From Azolla caroliniana (Eukaryota; Plantae; Polypodiophyta): DNA of 64,000 nucleotides. Below the pieces are notes generated by a model. The model saw only the letters and a list, made by a program, of their open reading frames with translations, had not been told where the DNA came from and ran no database searches. The position numbers and the translations under genes are program-made. Shown piece by piece: positions 35,961 to 49,415 of the stretch (the first letter of the stretch is position 1; each line of letters starts with the position of its first letter). The stretch is taken from NCBI GenBank assembly GCA_043228905.1, contig JBHGNT010000012.1:12896001-12960000 (forward strand). The letters are read 5' to 3'.

Positions 35961-37169
35961 ATCAGGTCGTTATTTTGAGCCATTAAATGATTATTTCTGG
36001 AAAAGAAATAGGATAAGGTCAGAGAGATAGTCACAACATCATGTCGTGATGTAAACATATCATGAGCAAACATTAATCGATATCATTACCTCACGTCAAG
36101 ACCCCTCTAGACATATGAGATGAGGTTCAAGCAGGTTACTATGGTAACACAAAGGTTTTTTAAAAACCGTGGGGGTGACAAATGAATGTCTTTCCCTGAT
36201 CTCTATATCGATTTTATATGGAGGCTCCCCGAGGCTCAACCATGTATGTCCGCGTCGTGAGTAGTTTATACATGAAAAAAATGTTGACAATAAACTATGC
36301 TTTTGTGCCCACATATGTGGTTTCGGCTCTTTAAGTCCTATTACGAGGACCCCGAAGTGCACTTAGACCTCAAGTCTAAACATGTGTTATAGTCATATGT
36401 ATGAACGATGTTGTATGGTCTTGGTCATATTTGAACTCGAGACCTCGAGAACAAATACATTAAACACTTAAGCCAACCAAGTAGATTGCTCTTCTTTGAA
36501 TGTTTAATGTTTCATGCATATAAGAGATATGCAAGGCATTTGCCCATATATGTTTTTTTAAAAGAAACATATATGTGAAGAGTCCTTATTTCGCCCTCAT
36601 TTACTACAACTATGTTGGTACGTTACCTAACCTCAAGTCTTGTAATTATGATGGCATACGCCAAAGTGCAACCTAATGGTCAAGCCAAATGAACCCTCTT
36701 TTCGTCGTAGGCTCACGTGGCCCATCACATGGTCACGTCATTACGAATGCCTCTCGTAAGAATGATCTCATGGTGGCATCGTATCCATGTAATGAGGGAA
36801 GGATGTTGGATACGTGTGTCATAGGAGTGACCTCACATGAAGTGGGTCAAGCCCTACGTACTCAACATCATTATGGCTATTGGCATTTCTTTACATAGCG
36901 AAATATCGAAGTCACCAACGGGGATTTCAACAATAAAAATTTGTTGAAAAAAGGGATAGTGACAATGTTATTCTCACAAAAATGTGAGGATGGCCACCAA
37001 GATCCTTTCCCCGAAAAGGAAAACATTCGATTTAAAATCACGTCATAACTTATATACACATATGTATATTATCACATATATACGATCAACTACGTATACA
37101 TGTGACCACATATGCCTATATTAAAGAAATCGTTATATTTAATAGCCAAAAATAACGTAATCGAGATAT

Positions 37170-37425
37170 GTAATCGAGGCATATACCTCTACACACACGA
37201 GACATCCAAAAACAAGGGTTAATTGTAATACGCAATTGAGGTATTGACCTCTTACGCATACGAGACCAAACACATATCATTTACAACGAATCGAGGTATT
37301 AACCTCATACACAAATGTAATATATGTTTGTGAACGTAATACCCAATTGAGGTATTAACCTCATGCGCATACGACACTCATCACATATTCAATATACGTC
37401 AAATGAGGTATTGAGCTCACACACA
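37170..37425. repeat. Five spaced hairpin repeats in the chromovirus leader
   Basis: Consensus GAGGTATTAACCTC at 37176, 37238, 37293, 37349 and 37405. Confidence 0.85.
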
Positions 37426-38926
37426 TATGTAAACGTTTTATACAACCAATGAATTACCACTACAACATCATTGAATTAATGAAAAAAATCTACATATTAA
37501 CCATACACATGATTAGATGGGAGAAGTTCCGTTGTTGATCCTTATCTGCATGGAGGCCGACCGCACGTAGATCGATCGCCATCAATCAAGAACACAAAAG
37601 ACAACAAAAGAAACATTAGAAAATGAGCTCGGATACCAACTAGTAGAGACATAGACTAATGTAAGCATTAGATAAGGATAGAATATAGATGAATAGATAA
37701 AAAGGAGAGAGAGAAAGAAGGGTGCCAATCCACCCGACCACCCCCTAGCCTCGATCGGCGTCCCATACCACCGCCGTGGCATCGAGTCGTACCTGGTGCT
37801 GGCGTGCTCGCTACAAGAGTTGACCCACCACAAGACAGAGTCTCGACGTAGTCAACAAGATAATGAAATGAGGGTAGTTAGGCCTCTTATTTATAGCGAT
37901 ACCCAAGGCCCCTAGGTAAGTTCACACTTGGCCTAATGGGTTGTCTCAATCCCGAGGATTTAAAAGTAATCCTCCCCTTCTTTACACTCTCGTTTAACCC
38001 TCACACTTATCCACGTGTATAGAATACTACGGTAAATTCTCACCACGGGATATTATATGGTCATGCCTGTAACATAGTGCCTCAGTAAAACAATATGTCG
38101 TCGCAAAAGGTACGATATTTAGTACAATGTGATATTGAGAGTTTGGATAATAGGTAGATGTAGAGCGCTCTCATTAAATAAGCTACTAAATGGTTCTACA
38201 TTGGGGTTCCTCCAAATTTGATGTTTGTTCATTGCAAGACCTACCAAAAACGTATAGGAACAAATTTAGAAGTGTTTAGATTATTATTATCTTACCTCAC
38301 TTCTATGCAGTGAACAATGATGTGCTTCATTTTGATTAATCAGTTGAGCATAATAGAAGCGTATGTTTGTGTGTGTAACACATGCATATTACCATCATGA
38401 CTTGAGGGACTACACTTGAGCCTTGTTAACCAACTAACAAACCCAAGACTATGGAGTTTTTTATTTAGTTTTTTCATCTTGTAATCTTTTCAAAGTTTCA
38501 ATTCAAATTACTTATAAAAAACTTTACATTCATGACTTGAGAAACCCTACCCCATGTTGGTGATATCATTGCCTTCACCTTCTATAGATATTTGAGCCTT
38601 GCAAATCTTATGCCATCTCCTAACAATGAGTAGGGGGTGTGAAAGAGATTTTTCTTGTGGTCGTGATGATGATGATGTGAAAAAGGAACTGAAAAAAGAA
38701 ATGTCAATGCCATCAAAGCCATTTAATCCAACAACGATGGAAAAGACCAAAAATGCAGAAAGAAAGAGATAAAATTAATGAGTGAAGTGGCGAGTCGAAT
38801 TTAGGAACCATTTGAAAGAAATCAAAAGTTGCAAGAGTGAAGAAGAACATGAAGTCTCTTATTGTAATCATCCTTTTCAAAATATGTGATTATCAATGGA
38901 GGTTGACTTTTTATTTTTCTATCTCA

Positions 38927-38952
38927 CATATATATATATATATATATATATA
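38927..38952. repeat. (TA)n microsatellite
   Basis: Direct reading. Confidence 0.9.
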
Positions 38953-40044
38953 TTGAAACTTAACTTATCATGAGTATATTAATAATAAGGGAATTGTTCT
39001 TCCCTAATTGATCAACTTGTCTATCGAGGGTTCATATCTCACTATTGCGTTGATGTACCAAGAGACATTGAGAAATGTAATATATTATCTCCACATGGAC
39101 AAATTTTCTATCTGAGCTACATCTTCCTCTTCTTTCCTTTGATAGGTCAATTGTCCACTGGATGACGACACAAATAAAGAGACTCACCTACTATATGCAT
39201 ACTTTGCCCTAAACTATATCATGAGTTTGAGTATCACACTTTGATACAATTCTGCACCTTTTAAACATATTCAAGTTTTCTTTCTACACATTGTTAGTTT
39301 ACTCCAATCTCTACACAGTTCTCTCACAAGAACAATCTCAATTGCAACATTCATAAGTAAAACTCTTGAGTATTCAATTTTTTTTGCTTTTCATCGAACA
39401 AGCCATATTTGACTTCTAAGGATGATATTTGAAATATCTTCCTCCCCTCTCTAAGTGCCCTAAACATGAGATTCAGAATGAGAAACATCTTATATTATAA
39501 TACCAATGATTCCCACAACTTACCCCAATCTTGCACCCAACCAAGCATCTAGATTGCCACCTCATAGGCCCTTATTTACTACTCCCATGAGTAATCATAA
39601 GAAAAATGCATGGGTCACATATGTGTGTAGTGTTAGAAGATTCTTTCTTGCAATGTGTTTTTTGGGCCCTGTTGGTCATGTATCTTGCATCCTAATATCA
39701 AAATATATTAACTTGCATACTAATTTCATAGATATTATCGTGCATCCTATAATAAAAAAGTATTAACTTGTATCCTAATATCATAAATGTTTTCACTCTC
39801 AGACAATTCGAATGTTCCTTCCATGTAGTTAGACATTCCGTGCATTTCCATGTATATTATCCTATTTTGAATGCAAAGAATGGGTTTTTATTTTTAAGTG
39901 GTATTTCAATTGTGTTTTGTTCTTATACTTTTGATAGAATAAGAAAACTTTGACCCTCAATTGATGGAGATATTTTTCAAATAGAAAACAATTCTTATTA
40001 TCTTTTTCAAGTTGGAAATCATAAGGAAAATATATTTTAAGTAA

Positions 40045-40980
40045 TGTGGTGCCCCTTCCCTATCCCAACTGGGACACAATCCCAAAACTGAGTGGGACTC
40101 ACCAAGGGGCCCAAGTTTAGTTCCAAAATAGGTGCCACCTTGGGTTGGGACAACCTAGTCCCAAAGTACCACCCAACGACATCTTCGGCCTATATAATGA
40201 GGATCATCCCTCATTTGTAAGTCATTCCCTATTTAATCATTTTGGCTTTGACGAGTGTAGTTTTATTCTGTCAATAACATGATCGGATATCCTATCACAG
40301 AATACCCTTCACCAAAAATCGTGGTCGGAGATATGATAATAGACCGCAAATTGACTATGGTTGAATCGGGTACAACCGAATCGGCTAAGATTACACAACA
40401 CTTAAATAAGAAATTAATTACAACACATATATAACAATAACACCTAACGACACTGTATATTCCAATATCTTTCTATATTAAGAACTCATATACAAATATA
40501 CAAGGTGTTGTTACAATACACATGTTCCCTTTATATAGGTGATGCATGATGAGGTTCCAATGCCATTCGGTACATCCTTTTAGATTAGAGATTACACTGT
40601 CATATACCCGAACTATTCAAATCTAATTTAGAATGCATCGTTTCAGATCTATTTATATAATTATTCGACTACATAATATTCGGCTTTGGCCCACACTGCT
40701 TCCCAACTATTCGGCTTCACACTTTTTGAACATACAACTACTTGATTCGGCCTTCGGCTATTCGGTCCGTTTCAAACTGCTTTTTCAGCCTTTCAGCCCC
40801 TTTCCCACTTCAGCCGGTCTTTTGTTTTCCTTTGACTATACACCCTTCTTGGTAACATGTCGCAAATCTCTCTCTCTCTCTCTCTCTCTCAACTCATTTG
40901 GGAGTTGTCCTGACTCGTGCCAACTTCTCCCAACTCGGAGTTTTGGATTATGGTTTGTCCCAATTTGGGATGGTTGTAAA
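40045..40980. mobile_element. Probable LTR remnant (+) interrupted by a probable solo LTR (-) at about 40270-40857
   Basis: TG start, TATA CTATATAATG followed by CCCTCATTTGT. The inner segment has a minus-strand CTATATAAAGGG and a GGTAACA end; the TSD is not clean. Confidence 0.45.
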
Positions 40981-41004
40981 CTTTGTTTTAATAAAGAAAC
41001 ACAA

Positions 41005-41362
41005 GAAGGGGCTCCACCCTCCTCCCAAGGGGGTTGAGCGTGAGGGGAAGAGAGACAGAGTGAGGGAGAGAGGGAGAGAGAGAGAGAGAGAGAGAATTGA
41101 GAGCCAAAACTTCTACTACTTTCATGTCCCCTTGGGTGGGGTTATATAAGTACATTACATGAGGGTTACGAATCAAGAACGTACAATGGGGTTTGTAGGT
41201 TAGTTACATAACCTTGTAACAACTTAGACCCACTTTACCATATAAATATATTCACACTTATGTGCATATTTGCACATACACTTACACATGAATTTTAATA
41301 CAAAGACTTCACTTATACACTCACTCATACAATTACAATCCCACGACCACCGTAATTTTTCG
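41005..41362 (-). repeat. Diverged LTR of the E2-like family
   Basis: GCTCCACCCTCCTCCCAAGGGGGTT, GA-rich run, GGGTGGGGTTATATAAGTAC and TGTGCATATTTGCACA, as in the E2 LTRs. Confidence 0.65.
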
Positions 41363-44300
41363 TGTTGTAGTGTCCCTGGCATAGTGGCCTCCCGCCACTC
41401 CACAATGGGCTTCTTGTAGGATTGTGTCCTTTTTGTCGCTCCGAACCACGTGTCGCCGTATTCTGTTGTCGTGCCTTTCGGTGCTGGATCGTTGCGTGAG
41501 TCGGGTGGGAACTACTGAGGTTTTGGACTAGGAGAAAAGAAAATTCGAAGGCAATTAAGAATATGAAATATATTGTAAGGAAGAAAGATATGAAAACCTC
41601 ATGAATCCCACGAGTATAGTGTATTAGTGAGTACTCAAATTAAGAGAGAAAAAAAATAGTTCGTGAATCCCACGATTATATTATATTAATCCACCCTTGT
41701 AAAACAAGCAACAACCCCCCATACATCTTTCTCTCCTCCTTATATAAGGATGGAAGAGGCTAAGCATAGCTTCATGCTTTTTCTAAAGTGTTCATGCACA
41801 CTAAATGTGCATGAGTTGCCTTTTTACACTATGCTTTTATTTCCTAAATACAGTGCTCATGCTCACTAGATGTGCACGAGTCATTTTTTATTGGTGTACA
41901 TTTTTCTTATAAATAAAGTATTCACGCATTCTAAAAAATGCATGACTTTCCTTTTAATAAAGGTAGGCATAAATAAAGGTCTTATACGTATTAAATCTAT
42001 ATTTAGAACACTTAGTATAAGTTAGTACAATGGCAAGGTTGGGGTTTGTCTATGTGAAGGTACAGGGTTTAAATCTTGCCCTATACACATAATAAATATT
42101 TTTAATATTTTATTTTATTTATTATACGTACTTTAAATTGGATATAGTATTTTACATATTTCACATAGTGTATGATTCACACTATGACACTCGCCCCCTC
42201 CGAACCCGCACATCCTCCGGTATGTGCCGAAGTCCCCGATGTTTACTATTCACCTTCATCCGAAGCTTCCTCTGATTCTCCCCTTAAGTCGACTATGAGT
42301 TGTAATCCACTTTCTTCGCTTTCCGCATCACCGCGATCTTCATCCGATTGCTCCTTCTTGTTGGTCTTGTCTAGGATCACATAGGGTTCTTCATCAATCT
42401 GCTTCTTGAAAATCTTCACCCGTTTCCCGGCTATAGGCACTCGTAGCATCGTTCCATCCAACTCGCATAGTCGGTAAGTTGCGTTGTCGAAAACTTTCCG
42501 AACCTCGTATGGCCCGAACCACCTTTTCGTGAACTTCCGCATCGTTGTATGTTGATGATCCAAACTACTGTCGTAGACAATCACCCAATCTCCTTCTTCA
42601 ATCTTCCGCGGTCGTAGTCGGTGCTTTGTGTCTAACCGGCTTTTATTCCGGAATCGCGCTTCTTGTTGTCGGCATATTGCTTCCGCTATGTCTTTCGGTC
42701 TTCCCTCTAGTTGTCGTATTCGGACCGCTAGTATTTCTTCCCAACACATCTCTTCCTTCCACGGTAGCATTGTCCATGTCGCGATCGCGGTTTCCGTTGG
42801 CATTACCGGTGCTTGTCTCGTCATGAGTTTTGCCGGCATGTAACCGGTTACGGAGCTAGGCATCGTCTGATCCGCCCATAGTGCATACGGAAGCATCTGC
42901 AGCCAATCCTTCACCCTTCCATCGCATGCCTTCACAAGTGCTTTGACGATCAGACTATGTCCTCGTTCGATCTTCCCGTTGGCTTCCGGATTGTATGTCG
43001 TTGTCAATGTTAACCGAACTCCATGTTTGGTGAAGAATTCCTTAGCTTTATCAGAGTCGAGTTCTCCCCGATCCGCAATCACTTGTCCTATGCACCCGTA
43101 CTTGCAAAACACTTCTTCCAAAAGGAATTGGCATACCGCAGAACACGTTTTCCTCCATAGTGCCCGACCTTCTACTTGGTTTGTGAGATCTTCCCGACCT
43201 AACACCAAGTACTTCTTTTGTCCGATCCCAGTTGGCATGACTACAATATCGACCATCCATTTGAAGTTGATTGTCGGTGAGAATGTCGGATGTAACTCAT
43301 CTCGGTGTCAAACTCCGGAGTAGATTTGACACTTCTCGCAACATTCCGTGAACTCCGCTATATCTTTGTACATGTTGTTCCACCAATATTTTTGTTTGAT
43401 TTTCACAAAAGTTGCCCATGTTCCTCGATGTCCAGCCCAATCGGATTCGTGAAATTCGGACATTATCCGGTTTCGTTGCTCTTTATTCCCGACTACCCGA
43501 AGTGGTATGCCATCCGGTTTTTTGGGCTCCCTCCATATTAATCCATTTTTCAAGAAGAACTTTCGGACTTGCCGCTTCTTACTTCGGTTCTCGGCTCTCT
43601 TCTCTTTATTTTCCAATGATTCCTCGATTTCTTGTAGTACTTTCTCGATCATCAAGCTTTCTCCCTCGTATTCTTCTTCCCGGAATTCTCGGATTACGTT
43701 TACCCTGCATATGTGCTCCGAAGCAAAGTAGTCTTTGGAAACTTCTTCATTATCGGATTCGGTTATGTCATCTCCGAACTGCGCCCTTGATAGCATATCC
43801 GCTACCGCGTTGTCTTTTCCGGAGATGTGTCGTAACTCCGGATTAAGTGACTTAACATATGCAATCCACCTTAGCATAACCACATCCGGTATCGTGCAAC
43901 ACCACATCATCCCGAGTATCGGAAGACAATCCGTTTCGATCACTACTTCGGCTCCGATCAAATAATCTCGATCCAATTTGATTGCCGACACAACTCCCCA
44001 TAATTCTCTTTTGACTTGTGCATACCCACGTTGCCTTTCGTTGAGAACCTTTGCTTCGAATCGGATCAGATATCGCGAACCATCCGAGTCGGCTTGATTG
44101 ATGACCCATCCGATTCCGGTTGGACTTGTGTCAACCGTTACTATGATCGGTCGGTCATAGTTCGGCTTCTTTAGTGCTTTTGCCCTCTGTAGTGATTGCT
44201 TGACCTTCTTTACGGCTTTGGTATGCTCCGGTTTCCATTCAAACTTCATACCCTTCCGCAACAAGTGATAGAGTGGGTCCACAATATGTGCATAGTGCAG

Positions 44301-45403
44301 AATCCATATGTGATAGAATGCACATGCTCCGAGAAACCATTGGACTTCGGATTGTGACTCGCATATTGCTTTCATCGCTTGAATCGCATCGATCTTGGTC
44401 GGTGACGGTCTTCGGTCATAGGGCCCACATAGATGTTTGACTACCAATATCTCTTCTTGCCCAAATGCCGATTTCTCCCCGGAAAGTGTTAGGTGCACAT
44501 CTTCTAACTTTCGAAGCACTTTCTCGCAATCGCGAATATGGTCGACTACGAACTGTCAGCATCCCCGATCATCCATAGTCTCATCTTTTTCTTCCACCAC
44601 GCATCCTTTTATCCGAATGTCATCTAGGAACGACATCGTTATCTTTGGAATGCAGTCCCGGAGCACCTTGTTCATTGCATTCATCATATGTGCGACCGAG
44701 TTTGTTGCGCCTTGTGGTAGTGTGCACATACGGACTAATCCTATCGCTGTCTGCATGGTAGTGATGTTTCGGCTCTCCGCGGCTAGTTGGATTTGGTCAT
44801 ATCCGGAGTATAGGTCTCTGATGGAGTATATCGCGCGATCGGCAAATGCTTCCGCAAATTCGTCCATTATCGGACCGACTCCGCAGTTCCGGATTGTGAC
44901 CTTGTTCACTGGTTGCAAATCTTGAATAAATCGGAGTGACCCATTCTTCTTCGGAACCGTAAACCATCGATTTGAGTACAGAGCGTTTGATGGCTCTAGA
45001 ATCCCCATTGCCACCTTCTCCTTGAGCAAGTCGATGACTTTCGGAATATGCGCCCGTGGCACCGGAATCGGCTTCAGGTTCCACGACACATGGTCAATCA
45101 TGAAGATCACCATCGGCTCCACTATCTTCGGATCAACGCACCCTATCTCCTTCGATGTGAATGCAAATGCTTTCCCATGTTGTTCCAACATCCCTCGGAA
45201 TCATTCTTCTTCATTTTGTAAAAGGAAACCACCTCCACCGATCTGAAGTTTCTTCCGGGTCTCATCCGTGAGGGCATGTCCAATATCCACGGACTTCCGA
45301 AGTGTCGGATCTCCCGAGGCTTCTTTCCTCTTTTGTTCGCTATCGGCGGGTAGTGGTCCCACGGCCGGTTTTACCTTCTTCTCCACGGTCTTGTATTTCG
45401 TAC
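41363..45403 (-). mobile_element. Ylt1-like (fungal-type) Gypsy, 3' half: RT-RH-INT, PPT, 3' LTR about 41363-42189
   Basis: RT YSNRWFTVPKKNGSLRFIQDLQPVN...LPQGATNS..FLDDI, RH VDTSPTGIG..ETDCLP, INT HRG..C..C, ADRGELD, NGKIERGH. PPT GAGGGGGCGAG precedes TGTCA at 42189; the LTR left end is approximate. Confidence 0.85.
42246..45403 (-). pseudogene. pol: pol of the Ylt1-like element
   Basis: ORFs 44556-45191, 43308-44519 and 42246-43256 are separated by single stops. Confidence 0.9.
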
Positions 45404-47882
45404 TCAAGTTTAATGGAGAGCTTGAGCTTACGCAGTATACGCGGGAGAGACAGAGAGAGTGAGAGAGAGAGAAAACACAAGAAGTATATTCAAGAACAAT
45501 ACTCAATCTCAATTCACAATTCTATGCATATGTGTGTTCAATGAACACTTTTATACAAGTCCTAGAAGGACTGACCGAAGTACTGATAGTACTTCAATGC
45601 TCATTAAGAGCTCCTACACTAACTCCCAAATATATTCCTCACAGAATATCTTTCCTAACGGCCTCCCGGTTTACGCACCGATCCGGCCCTACCTACGCAC
45701 CGGTCTGTGTACCGGTTTACGCATTCGGCCTAACTAATCAGTCCCAATCGATCCGGTCCTCGACTTCTTCAGCCGATCCGGCCGATGTTGAGCTTGTCTC
45801 TCAACACTCCCCCTCAAGCTCAACTTGAGGCTCTTCGGGATCTTCGGGCTCACAGCTCCGGTTCCTCCTGGCTTCACGCCTCGCTCGCGCTCCACGACCT
45901 GTTCGACTCCGCGCGCTTTGACCCTTCCGGCCGGCTTGTCTGCTCATGTGGCCCTTATAAGCTCTTCTGTTGTTGCGGTGTTGACGCTTCTCCTGCTGCC
46001 TTTTCTTCCGCTTGGGCCTCGGTTGATTCAACGTATCTGAATCAAACATCCGAACTGACTCGGCTACCTCCGATCGGTTTTCGCTCTCGGTTCCTCCTGG
46101 CTTCACGCCTCGCTCGCGCTCCACGACCTGTTCGACTCCACGCGCTTTGACCCTTCCGGTCGACTTGTCTGCTCATGTGGCCCTTATCAGCTCTTCTGTT
46201 GTTGCGGTGTTGACGCTTCTCCTGCTGTCTTTTCTTCCGCTTGGGCCTCGGTTGATTCAACGTATCTGAATCAAACATCCGACCTCCAATCGGTTTTCGC
46301 TCTCGTCCGAGTTGGCTGTCTCCAACTTTTCTTCGGTCTTCTCGCCCTCGATGGCGTCATCTTCCCCATGCGTGGTTGGCTTCGGCTCTCTCCTTCGGCT
46401 GCTCCCCTTCTGTCCGCTTCAAGACTTTTCCGCGGGTCCGCCCTCGGCTTCTTCAGCTGATCCGAAGTCGAACTCGACAACCGAATCAACCGACTCGGTG
46501 TCGCGGTCTCTGCTCCTTTCCTGCTGCCTTGCTTGGTCGTTCGGGACTGTTCTCCCCCTCAAGTTTGGCACGTCGAGGTGACGCAATCCGAGCGCACCTG
46601 AGCATTGCCGCAACTTGTCCAGACCAAGAGGCTTGGTGAAGATGTCGGCAGTCTGTCGTTCCGTTGGAACGTACTGAAGTTTGACTTCACCGGAAAGGAC
46701 ACACTCACGGACGAAATGGTAGTGCACCTCAATGTGCTTGGTCCGTGCGTGGAAAACGAGGTTTTTTGCGAGCTGGATGCTGTTGAGGTTATCGCAGTAG
46801 ATCGTCATCGGATCTGAGACCTCCTATTGCAGGTCCTTAAGTAGCCGCTTCAACCATATGGCTTCGGATGTCGCGATAGCCGCTCCTCGGTACTCAGCTT
46901 CGGTGCTCGACAGTGCAACTATCGGCTGCTTCTTACTGCTCCACGCGATCGCGGCACTCCCGAGGGAGAACGCGTATCCGGACGTGGATCGGCGATCGGC
47001 GGCGTTGCCAGTCCAATCAGCATCGGTGTAGCTGACTAACTACGCGGCTGCACCGGTCCGATATTGCAGTCCCCGGTCCTTAGTGTCGTTGACATACCGA
47101 AGTATGCGTTGCACACACTGAAGGTGCTCCTCGATAGGTCGCGCCACGAACTGACTGATCACTCCGACCGGATAACTGAGGTCGGGTCGGGTGATGGTCA
47201 AGTATATGAGGCTTCCGACAATTTGTCGGAACCTTGTCGGGTCGCATACCTTTCCTGCATCGGGACGAAGCTTGACGGTTCTGTCCAGAGGAGTCGAGAC
47301 GGACTTACAGTCAGCCATCCTGAATTTGAAGAGCATACTCAGCACGTAATAACGTTGGCTGATCAATATGCCTTCGGGGGTACGGATCACTTCGATCCTA
47401 AGGAAGTAATGAAGGTCCCCCAGATCCTTCATGTCGAACGATGCCGCAAGCTGGAGCTTCACGCGGTCGATTTCACCTAGGTCGGCGTCGGTGATGACCA
47501 AGTCATCAACATATGGTAAAATACTAACCAGTCCGAGTCGACCTTTCCGGATGAACCGGGAAGAGTCCGATTTTGACGTGACGAAGCCCATCCGATGCAG
47601 TTGTTGCGTGATCTTCGCGTTCCAAGCACGCGGGGCTTGCTTCAGTCCGTAAAGGGACTTCTTCAGTCGGCATACTGCCGAGGAGTTCGTTCCAGAGTGA
47701 AATCTGGGGGGCTATACCATGTACACCTGTTCCTCAAGGTCACCTTGCAGGAACGCATTCTTTACATCCATCTGATGTAAGTGCCACCCCTTCACCGCAG
47801 CTACTGCGAGCAAAACACGAACGATCGTCATTTTCGCGACCGGCGCAAACGTCTCATCGTAGTCGATGCCGTGTTTCTACGC
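45404..47882 (-). mobile_element. E7: Copia (family A relative), 3' half with 3' LTR about 45404-45806 and PPT 45807-45819
   Basis: RT/RNase H ([25 protein letters not shown]) and GCTTGAGGGGGAG-TGTTGAGAG. Cut at 47882 by E8. Confidence 0.88.
45859..46305. repeat. 229-bp tandem duplication in the E7 3' region
   Basis: GTTCCTCCTGGCTTCACGCC at 45861 and 46090; ATCAAACATCCGA at 46041 and 46270. Confidence 0.9.
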
Positions 47883-48474
47883 TGTTGTGAAGAAAACCGT
47901 CCCCAGGCGCAAACCGTGTATAATGTGTGTGAACCGGCCCTTACATGTGGGCACGTCCCTTGTCGTAAAGTAGATAGGTAGGCACAAGGGATAAATCCTT
48001 GGTAGCAATATTCTATAAGGGAAATCGAGGAGTATCTCTGTCCGAAAGGACACAGAATTAATGTGATGTAAACGGGTGAAATGGTCTCCCTCCTTGAGAT
48101 ATAAAAGAGAGGGAGACGAGTGGGGAAAAGGATAGCGTGCGAGAGGGAACGAAGTGTTGTCGGACTGGGACCAAGCTCTTCTTCTCTGTCGTTCTCCATA
48201 GCTCTCTTTTGCGTAGGCTCTCAGGAGGCTGATTCTGCTCCGAGGAACGCCCGTGTGCTTCCGGCAGAATCTCCATCTTGCTCTCTTGTGTGCATGGGTG
48301 ATCAGGCATCGGCATCCGCCTCGCCGACCTGGTCGGTTGTAACCGTTCGAGTCGTCTGCATACACACAAATACAAGCATATTGTTACATACATACTCTAG
48401 TGTTCTCAACTCGTGTCTCCTGTGTTGTTGTGCCACGCGTCCCCGTGCGCTTCTTTGTCTATAAGTGAGTGAGC

Positions 48475-48509
<35 letters not shown>

Positions 48510-49415
48510 CCCCACCTATTCCTCGGTCCAAGACCCCAGTGGTCCCGCCTTGTTCTCCATGCACACGCGTAACAACGTGCATATTTGGTGAACCCGATGT
48601 GAACAGGCGACAGAGGAGTAGAAGATGAGGGGGTCGGACCTCGCAGAAGCCATGGCTTTGGCTGTAGACCGTATAGTGAGTGCGCGCGAAGGCACCGGCG
48701 CCCTTGGTAGGGCTATCTAGGCGGTTGTCGGTACGATCGGCCGGTTTAGTGGAAAGGATGCCACGAGCTACTTGGCATCCTACCAGGCTGAGATGGTAAT
48801 GAGGGACATCCCAGAAGAGAGGCGTCTGGTCGGATTCCCTCGAGTGGCGATGCCGGGTATCCATACGGAGGTGCTTGAGGTACGGGCCGAGAGCCGGACC
48901 TAGGAGGAGTTTGAAGGTCGGCTCCTCGAAAGATACGGGCTTGAAGATGCGCTTCGACTTTCGAAGTGGGATTTCATGGAGTGGGTGGAGACCCCCGAAA
49001 AAGGAAGGAACGCGTCAATGCTCCTTCGGGAGTTTGAGGAACGCTTCGCACGCCTCTCGGTGCTTGACCGGACCGTTCTGGACACAAGCCGTGTCCTATT
49101 GTTCGTTAAGTCGGTTGACGAGCGGGATCAGGAGCAGGTAGGCCTCCTATTGGAGACTGATGATGGGCTAACAGCCGATTGGGCCGTGGTGAAAAGGGTC
49201 TGTGGCCGTTTTGACAAACGACGGGAATGGGTTGACAAAGGGTCGACAGGGCGGGCTCTGTCGCAGCGAAGAAGCTCGAGCCAACACCACCAACGCGAAG
49301 GGAAGAGACCCGAGATTGGCTCGAGACTGGGTCGGCTTCAACCGGCGTGGTCAAGGGCTCGTCCGGGGGAGTAGCTTCTGAGGAGCTGACGCAGATGGTA
49401 AGGGATCTCTAGATC
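47883..49415 (+). mobile_element. E8: Gypsy 5' fragment (LTR 47883 to about 48581, tRNA-Trp PBS, gag N-part 48625-49415)
   Basis: TGTTG start, TATA ATATAAAAG near 48100, PBS TGGTGAACCCGATGTGAA at 48586-48603, and gag-like GRFSGKDATSYL. Confidence 0.8.

Larger units (their letters stand above)
33920..38074 (-). mobile_element. Chromovirus deletion derivative (5' LTR, iMet PBS, long leader, gag-PR, INT C-term with chromodomain, PPT, truncated 3' LTR)
   Basis: LTR about 37641-38074, whose last 58 bp recur at 33920-33977. PBS TGGTATCCGAGC at 37627-37638 and PPT AGAGGGGGAGTA. Motifs KLAPRFCGPF, IHPVFHVSRLK and ERILD...ATWE. Confidence 0.88.

Noticed and set aside
37170-37425. CRISPR-like array (palindromic repeats with spacers)
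   Set aside because: Eukaryotic retroelement leader, no cas genes, degenerate repeats, and spacers related to each other.
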